Positions 31,503 through 40,578 of a DNA stretch of 64,000 nucleotides are shown here, in pieces. The stretch is from Candidatus Poribacteria bacterium. GTDB taxonomy: Bacteria > Poribacteria > WGA-4E > JAJDTR01. The stretch lies in the NCBI GenBank assembly GCA_965222225.1, contig CBDCTK010000002.1, positions 2,400,001 to 2,464,000 on the forward strand. The letters run 5' to 3'. Below the pieces are notes generated by a model, which worked only from the letters and a program-made list of their open reading frames with translations, was not told where the DNA came from and made no database searches. Positions within the stretch are counted from its first letter, which is position 1. Every line of letters begins with the position of its first letter. A program made the translations under genes and the position numbers.

Positions 31503-31556
31503 GGGATTTCTATCGCGCGGGATTAGCTATCGCCTTCGCTAATCGCTCAGTTGATC
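31503..31556 (-). mobile_element. GATCAA...ATCCC micro-element plus the tail of a second copy
   Basis: Full 38-nt copy at 31519-31556 and tail GCGCGATAGAAATCCC at 31503-31518, abutting a GTAGGTGCGGTTGGAA REP. Confidence 0.7.
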
Positions 31557-32566
31557 CCCTGTTTCACGCGTGCCCACGTCGTGACCGCCTTGCCATGCGG
31601 TTGAACCGTTAGGCTAGTGCAATAGATGCCGTTCTCCACGGTTCCCGCGTATAGTATGGAATCGTACGATAGGAGGGTATTAACCGAAAGCCCTCCTAAG
31701 CCGGCGGACGACCATGTTTCCGTGTCGAGATCAAAGTGACAAACGCCATGCTCCCGCAACCCAGCAAAGAGGCGACCTTCAACAACAGCCACGCTGTATA
31801 TCCAGCTGAGCGTTGGAAGCCCTTCCATTGGATACTCCCACGCTCGTGTTTTCTCGTTCCATCGTCCAATGCCCTGTTGCCCAGCGACGTACAACCGATT
31901 ATAAAGGACAGTCCAGTCAGTGACACGGGCAGCAGGCTCGAAGGTAGGTAGCCTTTCCCAGGTTCGTCCGTTGTCAGGTGAACGAGCCATCCAATACGAC
32001 GAAATTGCGCTCCACAGATAACCGTCGAACTGCGTCATTGACCAGATACTGTTTCCTTGCTCCCATTCGTCGGATATGTCATGCCATGTCTCACCTTCAT
32101 CATTTGATACGTAGGTGCCGGAGTGGTACGCCACAGCGATAATCTCGTCGAAGGCCACAAGGATTCGGCGAACTTGTCCGTAAATGCGCTCCCCGTCGTC
32201 CCGTTCCGTAAAACGTAATCCGTCCCGAATCGGCTTCTAGGACTCGCCGGCGTCATCAGACCGAAACATGCCGTCCCAATATGTTCCGACATACACCGTA
32301 TTCCCATCGACTGCAATCCTAAATGCGGTTATGTTGAAGTCGGACATATGCCGCCAGGTTCGCCCACGATCGTCGGATATGAAGATTCCGTAGCTTGCCC
32401 CCGCATAGAGACGATTCTCGCCTGCTTCGAGCGTCTCAACTACGCCCAGGCCCACCCCGTCAGCAAGTTGAATCCATATTTCGGCATTCCCGTTCAGCCC
32501 GCGCGTAAGCGCAGTTATTGTTATTAGGAAAATGAAAGCAGTTCGCATGAAAATTCGAGTCCACAT
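31547..32566 (-). pseudogene. Exported BNR/Asp-box beta-propeller protein with TTW tail; in-frame TAG
   Basis: SDDRGRTW, SDDAGES*(W), SNDEGETW, SPDNGRTW repeats; TAG at 32237-32239 replaces a conserved Trp; ends VQPHGKAVTTWARVKQGIN. Confidence 0.85.
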
Positions 32567-33379
32567 TGTTGCACCACATCCCTTGAAAGACAAGCATCTG
32601 TGCGTAACTTCTTTATGAATAGCCTCGGCCGGCAATTCAAAAGACAGAATTAATTGTTGGATATGCACTATCTGTATGCTCGACCCAAGCGCCGATACTG
32701 TTACTACGGCGTTTTCTCTCGGAACTGATTGCCATTGGGTTAATTGCGTTAGAGGAGCGACCGCAAGTTGTGTGCCATTATGTATCACGCGCCAAAATCT
32801 CACCCCATCATTTGTGGTTGTCCCACTCCATACGTTGCCCCTGACTCGGCACTACCCCACGAATCTCATCAAACCCGTCTGCCGATGTGTCACGGAGACA
32901 CAATAGCGTTCCGTGCTTCCTTATCCAACAAGTGAACGCCAATGTTCATTTTTTGTACAAGAGGATCGTTGGCAATTCTCGGGACAGGACTTGTGTCCTG
33001 CAACTCTGGTAGAGCGCTAGTCCTTCGTGATAGATCTCTAATACCCCATCTCGGTGGAGCATTTCTCTAAAGCAACCAAATGTGGAAAAAGCTAAGAGCA
33101 GGGCTTAGCAAGCCCTGCGCACCCGCGTCTGACGCTGCCTTCAGGCACCGCCAGAATCAAATGTGATACCTCGGCAGATTGGCCTTTATCGTTGATATAA
33201 TGTTCAGGTTGTGATACGTTGATAGTTCCCGGAATCGCCCGCACTATTTAGCTTTTATCCTGCGGTCGCGTCAAGGAAGTCAATCTCGCCAAAGCCGACG
33301 GAGGAGTGGTCAATCGGTAGAGTCAACAACCATAAGGTACGTGCCGCTTTGGGTGGAGGAAAGGGTTGGGAGGAAAAGT

Positions 33380-33898
33380 ATGAGTCGAGCACCTTTTCAG
33401 GTACTGGTACTCCCCTATAGAATCACGCCGGATAACGCGGTGCAATACGCGCTGTTTAAGCGCGAACCTTCAACAGGCAGCTATTGGCAGGGAATCGCGG
33501 GAGGCGGAGAAGACAGCGAATCTCCACTGGAAGCCGCAAAACGAGAGACCCTTGAGGAAGCTGGCATCGACCCAAGCAACGAATACATGGAGCTTGACTC
33601 GCACGCGATGGTTCCCGTGGTAAACGTGTGCGGTTTCAGATGGGGGGAAGATGTTTTGGTGATTCCCGAGTATTGCTTTGGAGTCAAGGTCGCAGAGGAA
33701 CAGTTGCGGTTATCCTATGAACATACGGAGTACAAATGGCTGAGTTATAGGCGTGCCATGGAAATCCTGCATTGGGATAGCAACAAATGCGCGTTGTGGG
33801 AGTTAAACTTTAGAGTTCGGAGGGGGATGCGGGGAACTTCCGATAGCGTTGAGGGCCTAGTTCAGGATTCACCGGGCTTTGAACCGTCGCTTGTTTAA
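33380..33898 (+). CDS. Nudix hydrolase (NudB-like)
   Basis: WQGIAGGGEDSESPLEAAKRETLEEAGI Nudix box; LSYEHTEYKW. Confidence 0.92.
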   Translation: MSRAPFQVLVLPYRITPDNAVQYALFKREPSTGSYWQGIAGGGEDSESPLEAAKRETLEEAGIDPSNEYMELDSHAMVPVVNVCGFRWGEDVLVIPEYCFGVKVAEEQLRLSYEHTEYKWLSYRRAMEILHWDSNKCALWELNFRVRRGMRGTSDSVEGLVQDSPGFEPSLV

Positions 33899-33949
33899 GA
33901 ACACCAACTGGCAGGCAATGGTATGGTCTTCACCGTCATAATAAGCGGG

Positions 33950-34690
33950 CTAATTAACTATGGCATGGGTTTCTAATCCCGCAGAGCTGACATAGGCTAT
34001 GTCATCAAGAATGGGAACGCAACAACTCACATCCAACTCTGAAGCGAGGGCAACGTCCGTTTCGTATCCTCGTTCAATGAGTTCCACGCCAGAGACGCTA
34101 TTCCGAATCTTTTGCGCTAAATCGGTACCTGGTGCCCGGTACACGTCCAGAGCCGCCTGAGCCTCGGGCGAAAACGAACCGCTCAATTCATCAATAATAG
34201 CCCCCGCTCCGATCCAGTCCTCAAGACTCGGACGCAGGCTATTGTCTTCCCAGCGCTCTCCGGCAGGGATAACAGATATCCGATTCCCCAATCGAAGTGC
34301 GGCTTCGGCAACCGCAGAGGCATTTCGCAGACAGCCCGTGAGTGTAATCGTGTCCCTCGTGGCAAGGCTGAGCGAAGCGCCGTTTGGGGAAGGTAGAACC
34401 ACGCTAGTGCCCGTAGGAACGTCGACGAACGACGCGGGAGACAGGGAAAAACCTCCGGCTCCGCGCGGTGCCGCTAACTCCGCATCAACGGCTGTGGCAA
34501 ATTCTCCGGCGCGGCCGTCTTTCCACAGATAGGGGTAGACGGCAGCGCCTCTGGCGACAGCAATATCGACGCAGGTAGAGAAAGACAGGACATCGACAAT
34601 AATGACCACGTCGCTTGTAGGGGACAACCCAAGGACACCACCTTCGCCCCATTCACACCGGATGTTGTAGTTCGCTTGATGAGATTTCAT
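33950..34690 (-). CDS. 2-phosphosulfolactate phosphatase (ComB) family protein
   Basis: IIVDVLSFST, LPSPNG, CLRNASAVA, AGERW, LEDWIGAG. Confidence 0.88.
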   Translation of the reverse strand: MKSHQANYNIRCEWGEGGVLGLSPTSDVVIIVDVLSFSTCVDIAVARGAAVYPYLWKDGRAGEFATAVDAELAAPRGAGGFSLSPASFVDVPTGTSVVLPSPNGASLSLATRDTITLTGCLRNASAVAEAALRLGNRISVIPAGERWEDNSLRPSLEDWIGAGAIIDELSGSFSPEAQAALDVYRAPGTDLAQKIRNSVSGVELIERGYETDVALASELDVSCCVPILDDIAYVSSAGLETHAIVN

Positions 34691-34698
34691 TATCCGTT

Positions 34699-35327
34699 AT
34701 GATTAAACACATAATTTTCGATTTGGATGATACGCTTTGCGATTACCGGAAAGCCAAGGAAAACGCAAGGCCTCACATTAACGAGGTCTTGAATACGTTT
34801 GGAATAGATATAGACGGATTTTGGAATCGTTTCAACCGAGTGGAACCCCTGTTATTCCGCCAGTTCGCCGACAGGTCTCTCACCCACGATTTCTCGAAAT
34901 ATCCTCTGAATTAAATCATATTCACATGCGGGAAACCAATCAGAAAACAGAGCTATTTTACGACACAATACCACTGATGAAGGTTCTACGCGCGAAAGAT
35001 ATCGAAGCCGTTATTCTCACGAATGGTCCCTCCGATGGCCAAAGAGCTAAGTTCAAGACTCTAGGATTGTCCCGGTATATTCAGAGAATCTATATCAGCG
35101 AGGAAATCGGTTTCTCCAAACCCAACCGAAGAGCGTTCGAGTTCGTTTTACGGGATCTTGACGCCGCCGCCCCCGACGTCTTGATGGTGGGCGACTCCAT
35201 TGAAAATGACATTGACGGAGCGGAGCAGGCTGGTATTAAAGCGGTTCTGATTGATCGAGGCGATATACACAGCGGGTACACTGGTATCAGAATCGTCACG
35301 CTCTCGGAGGTCATAGAATTGCTCTAA
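34699..35327 (+). pseudogene. HAD-family hydrolase with frameshift or internal deletion near 34885
   Basis: FDLDDTL in the first frame; LTNG, SKP and MVGDSIENDI in the second. Confidence 0.82.
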
Positions 35328-35550
35328 ATGGGAATTGCTGTTCCCATTGTCTATAGTCATTTATATTCATATTTACACATATTTGTCGGAGCGATCTCCT
35401 GATCGCGATTCCCCGTCGCGAGTAACGCTCGCTCCGACAGAATACGCGCAATAAATTGCACCACTCTAAACCGAACTGCGTAAATCCTGTATGTATAATT
35501 TTCAGTTGTAATGACTATAGGCAAGAATGAACGAGGTTTCAGGTGATATC

Positions 35551-36252
35551 ATGACCGAACATAAAGAGATAAAGGGCATCCTATTTGATTCCGGCGACAC
35601 GCTGGTACATCCAATAGGCGGGAAATGGTGGCCCGGGGCTCAATTCCACGAAATTCTTGATACCTACAACATACGGGAGCTATCATGGAGCCGGATGGAG
35701 GGCGCGCTTGAAGAGGGAATACGTTACCTTGACGACCATCATCACCTGATGACGGTAGACGAGGAGCGCGACCAATTCCGAACGTTCTATCGAATCCTGC
35801 TCGAAAATCTGGGGCTGCGTAACCCCGATATCAGTCTGCTTTCCGCGCTGACACACGCCCGAGTGGATGAAATTGATTTTGAACTCTTCAACGATACACA
35901 CCCCGTTCTGGAGAGATTGTATGAGAAAAGGGTTTCGCTCGGTATTATATCGGACGCTTGGCCCTCCCTTGAAAGCAAGTACCGACTGCTTGACCTGCGG
36001 AAATACTTTAAGGCTTTCGTCATCTCAGCCCAAGTGGGATGCTGTAAGCCTGACAGGAAGATTTTCGGAAGGGCGATTGCGGAATTGGAATTGCCCCCAG
36101 AAAAACTGCTGTTTGTGGATGACGATCCCCACTATGTGAAACAAGCGATAGGGTTGCGGTTAAACGGCATCCTTATGGTTCGCAGCGGCGAACCTACGGA
36201 TGTTGATGTTGAGTGGGTGAGGAATCTGGAGGAGATTGAGGCGCTTCTGTAG
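35551..36252 (+). CDS. HAD-family hydrolase
   Basis: FDSGDTL, IISDAW, CKPD, FVDD. Confidence 0.9.
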   Translation: MTEHKEIKGILFDSGDTLVHPIGGKWWPGAQFHEILDTYNIRELSWSRMEGALEEGIRYLDDHHHLMTVDEERDQFRTFYRILLENLGLRNPDISLLSALTHARVDEIDFELFNDTHPVLERLYEKRVSLGIISDAWPSLESKYRLLDLRKYFKAFVISAQVGCCKPDRKIFGRAIAELELPPEKLLFVDDDPHYVKQAIGLRLNGILMVRSGEPTDVDVEWVRNLEEIEALL

Positions 36253-36534
36253 ACGTTGAAACCGAGTTTTTCCCGAAAACTCGGTTTCTAAACCACCTAG
36301 CTAGCGCCCAACCGTCCATACGGTGGCGTATTGAGGAATGCGGAGTTTGATAGTCAAGATTGGTTAAAGGGGAAATGGCTCTACCCGAAATGGATTTCCA
36401 AACAGGCTGTTAGTCTTCCCTGATTGGCACAGTTTATCTGCATAGAATACTCTTGACGCTATGTGGTAAATGCCTTAAAATGTTGGAAATCGTTATCGCC
36501 AATTCCGAACGGGCGCTTCTTTCAAACGGGAGAA

Positions 36535-39500
36535 ATGCATTCTGTATCGCATCAAACACCGATACTCGATCTCGACGATCTCCAACCCGGTGCATGTCTA
36601 ATCGACACGCTGCAACGAACAGAGAGAATTATCCGTCTAGTCGAGCGCCACAATTCATTTGTCCGACTCTTTTTTGAGAGTGAAGAAGAACCTTCTACTT
36701 ATTCCGTTACGGAACTGCAATCACGTTTCGAGATTGCATCTGGCTCATTTCGGGCTGATCCCGATATCGTGAGACTTGTTGCCGAAGCCCATCGCCTTCG
36801 ACACGCCTACCTGTTCAATCCCATCTTTGCCACAGAGACATCGCTTATCGATCCGTTACCACATCAGTTCATCGCGGTATATGACCATCTGCTGAAACAT
36901 TTCCCTTTGCGCTTTCTGTTGGCTGACGATGCCGGCGCCGGAAAGACGATTATGACAGGGCTTTACATCCAGGAACTGTTGCTGCGGAGGCAGATGGAAC
37001 GGGTGCTGATTGTGCCGCCAGCGGGGTTAATTGGAAACTGGGAGCGTGAATTTCGTGTCCTTTTTCGACTCAGTTTTCGCATTCTGTCAAGCGCCGATGC
37101 CGCGGATAACAATCCCTTTCTCGACCCGCAAAACCACTTAGCCATCGTGAGTCTCGACACGCTGCGACAGGAACGCATGCAGGAATACCTGTTTGAAGCG
37201 CCCTCTTACGAATTGATTGTCTTTGACGAAGCTCACAAGTTGTCGGCACGGTTTGAGTGGGACGGGACAGTCACTAAATCAAAGCGATATGAGTTTGCTG
37301 AGCGGATTGCCGCGCAAGGGAAAAGTCTGTTACTACTTACGGCGACCCCTCACATGGGAAAAAATGACGCCTACTACTTTCTCTGGCGGCTTCTGATGCC
37401 CGATCTACTCGCCGCACAAGAGGCATTTAATCGGTTGCCTGAATCAGAGAAGTCAAAGCATTTACTCCGCCGCATGAAGGAGGAGATGATTACTTTCGAC
37501 GAGAAACTGATTTACCCGCCTCGGATGAGTCGCACGATTGCCTATCCCCTTAAAAGTGGCGAAATCAGCGAACAGTCGCTGTATGATGCAGCCACCGACT
37601 ATTGTGAAAAACACTTTGATCTCGCCGGACAGTATAATCGCACCGCCGCCAAGATGGCGATGATGGTACTACAGCGGCGACTCGCCAGTTCAACCTATTC
37701 CCTATTGCAGAGTTTTATTAGACGTGAGGAAAAACTTCAAACCACCCTAAGCGAACTTCGTGACGGACGATTGTCATCGGAGACGCTGGACGAAAGGCAA
37801 GCCGCGCTTCCATCAGTTGATGTGAGAGAGGAAAAAACCGGTGACGAGGAGGAGATTTTTGATGGTAAAGAGGAATCCGAGCGGATGGATGAAGATCTTG
37901 CGCAGGCGACGAGCGCCAGATCGATTGAGGATTTGGAGGAGGAGATTGACCGTGTTCAATCCCTCACACAACTGGCACGGAAGGTTTACAACCTTAAATC
38001 CGAAAGTAAATTTGAGAGGTTGTGGGAAGCGCTTGAGGATTTCCCTGATACGAAGGTGCTGATTTTCACCGAACATAAAGACACGATGGATTTCGTTATC
38101 TGGCGCTTGGAAGCTTTAGGTTTCAGTGGAAAGGTCGCCCAAATCCACGGCGGCATGAAATATGATGAGCGTGAAAGACAGGTTGAGCATTTCCGCGACC
38201 CCAACGGCGTGCAATATCTTGTGGCGACGGATGCGGCTGGAGAGGGCATCAACCTTCAGTTCTGTTGGCTGATGGTCAATTACGATATCCCGTGGAACCC
38301 GGCGCGGCTCGAACAACGCATGGGGCGGATTCACCGGTACAAACAGAAACACACCGTAGTTTTGTTGAATCTGGTTGCCGAGGACACGCGCGAAGGCAGA
38401 GTGTTGAAAGTGCTGCTGGACAAATTGGAGCAGATGCGCCAGGAATTGAGTGACGACAAGGTTTTTGATGTCGTGGGTCAACAGTTCAGTGATATCTCTT
38501 TAACCAAACTTATCGAGCAAGCCATCACGGGGAATCAAGCCGATGCCGCCATCCGGACAATCAACAGCCGATTCACTTCCGAGAACATCAGGGGCCAACT
38601 CGAAGAGCAGCGAAACTCGGTTACAAGCAGCGAAATCAGACGCCTACTCGCCGGCGTTCAGAAGCAGAAAGAGTCTGCCGAAACGTTGCGCATGATGCCG
38701 GCTTACGTCCGCGGTTTCTTTCAAGAGGCTGCCGCGTTGGTGGGGTATGGGATTGAAGGCGATGTCAAGAAGATTTTCAAACTGTCGCTTTGCCCGCCAT
38801 TGGTACGAAGTGCCATTGAGAAATATCCGCCGCACTTGCACCAGCGGTTGACGTTCTCAAAGGAACTTGCGTTACCCGCGGAGTTCGACAAGCCTCAGGC
38901 TATTTACGTGCACCCCGGCGAACCGGTCTTTGAGTCAATTTTGAACCTGTTCTTGGGGGAATTTGAAGATCAAGGGAATCGCGGGGCGGTTTATGTCGAT
39001 TACCAGGCAGACGAGCCGTACCTGTTTTATTTGGCGAGAGCGCCGGTGCTGCGACACGGCAATCACGAACCTCACGTTCTCGACGAAGTGCTTGCGGGCA
39101 TTAAACGATTTTCAGATGGGCGGTGTGAACCCACGCCTGCCCATCTATTGTTGACCTTAGCGGCGCACCGAGAACACCACGCACCGATTTCGCACGACTG
39201 GATTAACCTTGGAGAAGACGTGCAGCTAGTTGAAACCCATGTCATTGAAAAACTTGGTAATCCAATGCTATCCGGAATCTGCGACGAACTGCAGTCGCAG
39301 TTGGCGGGGAAGAAGAAACAGATTCGGATCTCAATGAATCTACGAAGATCCGAACTGTTGCAACAGCGGGTTAAACTCAGAGAGGCTATCGGCAGAGCGG
39401 TGCCTGCGGCGCGGACAAAACTAAACGACTGCGAACGCGAACTTGATGAACTTCCTACGAAACGCGCGGCGCTTGAAGCCGGTCTCATTGAGGAGATCGA

Positions 39501-39945
39501 AAACACTCGATTGGGACCGGTATCCCTCTATCTTCGGGCACTGGTCGTGCCACCTGACGAAGAACCGGCGCCGAGTACCCATGACGCGGAGATGATAGCA
39601 CTCGAAAAGGCTATTGAGTATGAATGGGAACACGGCGCTCAGATTGAGGATGTGTCCGACCCACAACTCATGAGAGGGTTTGATTTGGAGTCCAGACGCC
39701 CAGACGGCGAAGTGCGCTACATTGAAGTCAAAGGACGGACGGGGATGACGAGCGTCGAATTGACGAGGAATGAGTGGAAGCAAGCCGAAAACCATCAAGA
39801 TCGGTATTGGCTGTACACGGTTTATCACTGTGAGTCAGGAAATCCGACACTATACCGCTGCCAAAATCCTCACGGAAAGGACATTGGTAAACCTATGGAG
39901 GGTGTGATTGTCAACGCTAGTGACATCATCAACAACTCCGAGTAA
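36535..39945 (+). CDS. SNF2-family helicase with C-terminal DUF3883 nuclease-like domain
   Basis: LLADDAGAGKT, DEAH, LTATPH, TDAAGEGINLQ, WNPARLEQRMGRIHR; GFDLES...YIEVKGR...LTRNEW; GGGAG RBS. Confidence 0.93.
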   Translation: MHSVSHQTPILDLDDLQPGACLIDTLQRTERIIRLVERHNSFVRLFFESEEEPSTYSVTELQSRFEIASGSFRADPDIVRLVAEAHRLRHAYLFNPIFATETSLIDPLPHQFIAVYDHLLKHFPLRFLLADDAGAGKTIMTGLYIQELLLRRQMERVLIVPPAGLIGNWEREFRVLFRLSFRILSSADAADNNPFLDPQNHLAIVSLDTLRQERMQEYLFEAPSYELIVFDEAHKLSARFEWDGTVTKSKRYEFAERIAAQGKSLLLLTATPHMGKNDAYYFLWRLLMPDLLAAQEAFNRLPESEKSKHLLRRMKEEMITFDEKLIYPPRMSRTIAYPLKSGEISEQSLYDAATDYCEKHFDLAGQYNRTAAKMAMMVLQRRLASSTYSLLQSFIRREEKLQTTLSELRDGRLSSETLDERQAALPSVDVREEKTGDEEEIFDGKEESERMDEDLAQATSARSIEDLEEEIDRVQSLTQLARKVYNLKSESKFERLWEALEDFPDTKVLIFTEHKDTMDFVIWRLEALGFSGKVAQIHGGMKYDERERQVEHFRDPNGVQYLVATDAAGEGINLQFCWLMVNYDIPWNPARLEQRMGRIHRYKQKHTVVLLNLVAEDTREGRVLKVLLDKLEQMRQELSDDKVFDVVGQQFSDISLTKLIEQAITGNQADAAIRTINSRFTSENIRGQLEEQRNSVTSSEIRRLLAGVQKQKESAETLRMMPAYVRGFFQEAAALVGYGIEGDVKKIFKLSLCPPLVRSAIEKYPPHLHQRLTFSKELALPAEFDKPQAIYVHPGEPVFESILNLFLGEFEDQGNRGAVYVDYQADEPYLFYLARAPVLRHGNHEPHVLDEVLAGIKRFSDGRCEPTPAHLLLTLAAHREHHAPISHDWINLGEDVQLVETHVIEKLGNPMLSGICDELQSQLAGKKKQIRISMNLRRSELLQQRVKLREAIGRAVPAARTKLNDCERELDELPTKRAALEAGLIEEIENTRLGPVSLYLRALVVPPDEEPAPSTHDAEMIALEKAIEYEWEHGAQIEDVSDPQLMRGFDLESRRPDGEVRYIEVKGRTGMTSVELTRNEWKQAENHQDRYWLYTVYHCESGNPTLYRCQNPHGKDIGKPMEGVIVNASDIINNSE

Positions 39946-40557
39946 TGAAAGCGGCTATTCCCTCATTTTCAATCAACCGAGAACGACTGGTTAGAGTCCT
40001 AAGATCGGAATTTGAACTTCGGGTGGATAATTTCGGCAAGAGACCCATGCCGGAAGCCCAAGAACTACGCGGTGTTTTTGCACACGAATGTTTGGTTCAG
40101 GAGATTACTACATTCGCCGATGAATCGCGAGTACCCCCACTTCAGTCAGGACAAATGGCATGAAATACTGCCGATTGCCGACGCTGAGTGGCTTGCACGT
40201 GTTTCCAGTAACTTAGAGCACCGGCGTCTCGGTGCTATGAATAGTGTGTTCTTCCTGTGCATGGCACAAGGGGATGCTAAGACGAAAGAAGAACAGATAC
40301 AGCGATGCCGAGATCAAGAGAGTATATTTACAGGGGACCGCGAGGAACTTGAGGCGTTTGCCACGTATTGGTTCGCGCGGAATCCATTTTTGTATGAAAC
40401 CACCCGACGCGCGTGTTATATCTTGCTACGCTTGGCAACTCGGGAGAAGCCCCATGTACGCCAACTTAAACTACCGATTATTTCAGCGGAAACGGTCTGG
40501 AGACGAATGAACGACCACCCGGCTTTTCAATCTTATATCCACATTCGCGAAGATTAG
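39945..40557 (+). pseudogene. Unknown protein of about 200 aa, probably frameshifted near 40120
   Basis: ATG overlaps the helicase stop (TAATG); two overlapping ORFs fill the gap to the methylase. No recognisable family. Confidence 0.55.
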
Positions 40558-40578
40558 GAGTAGAAAGGAATACGCGTA

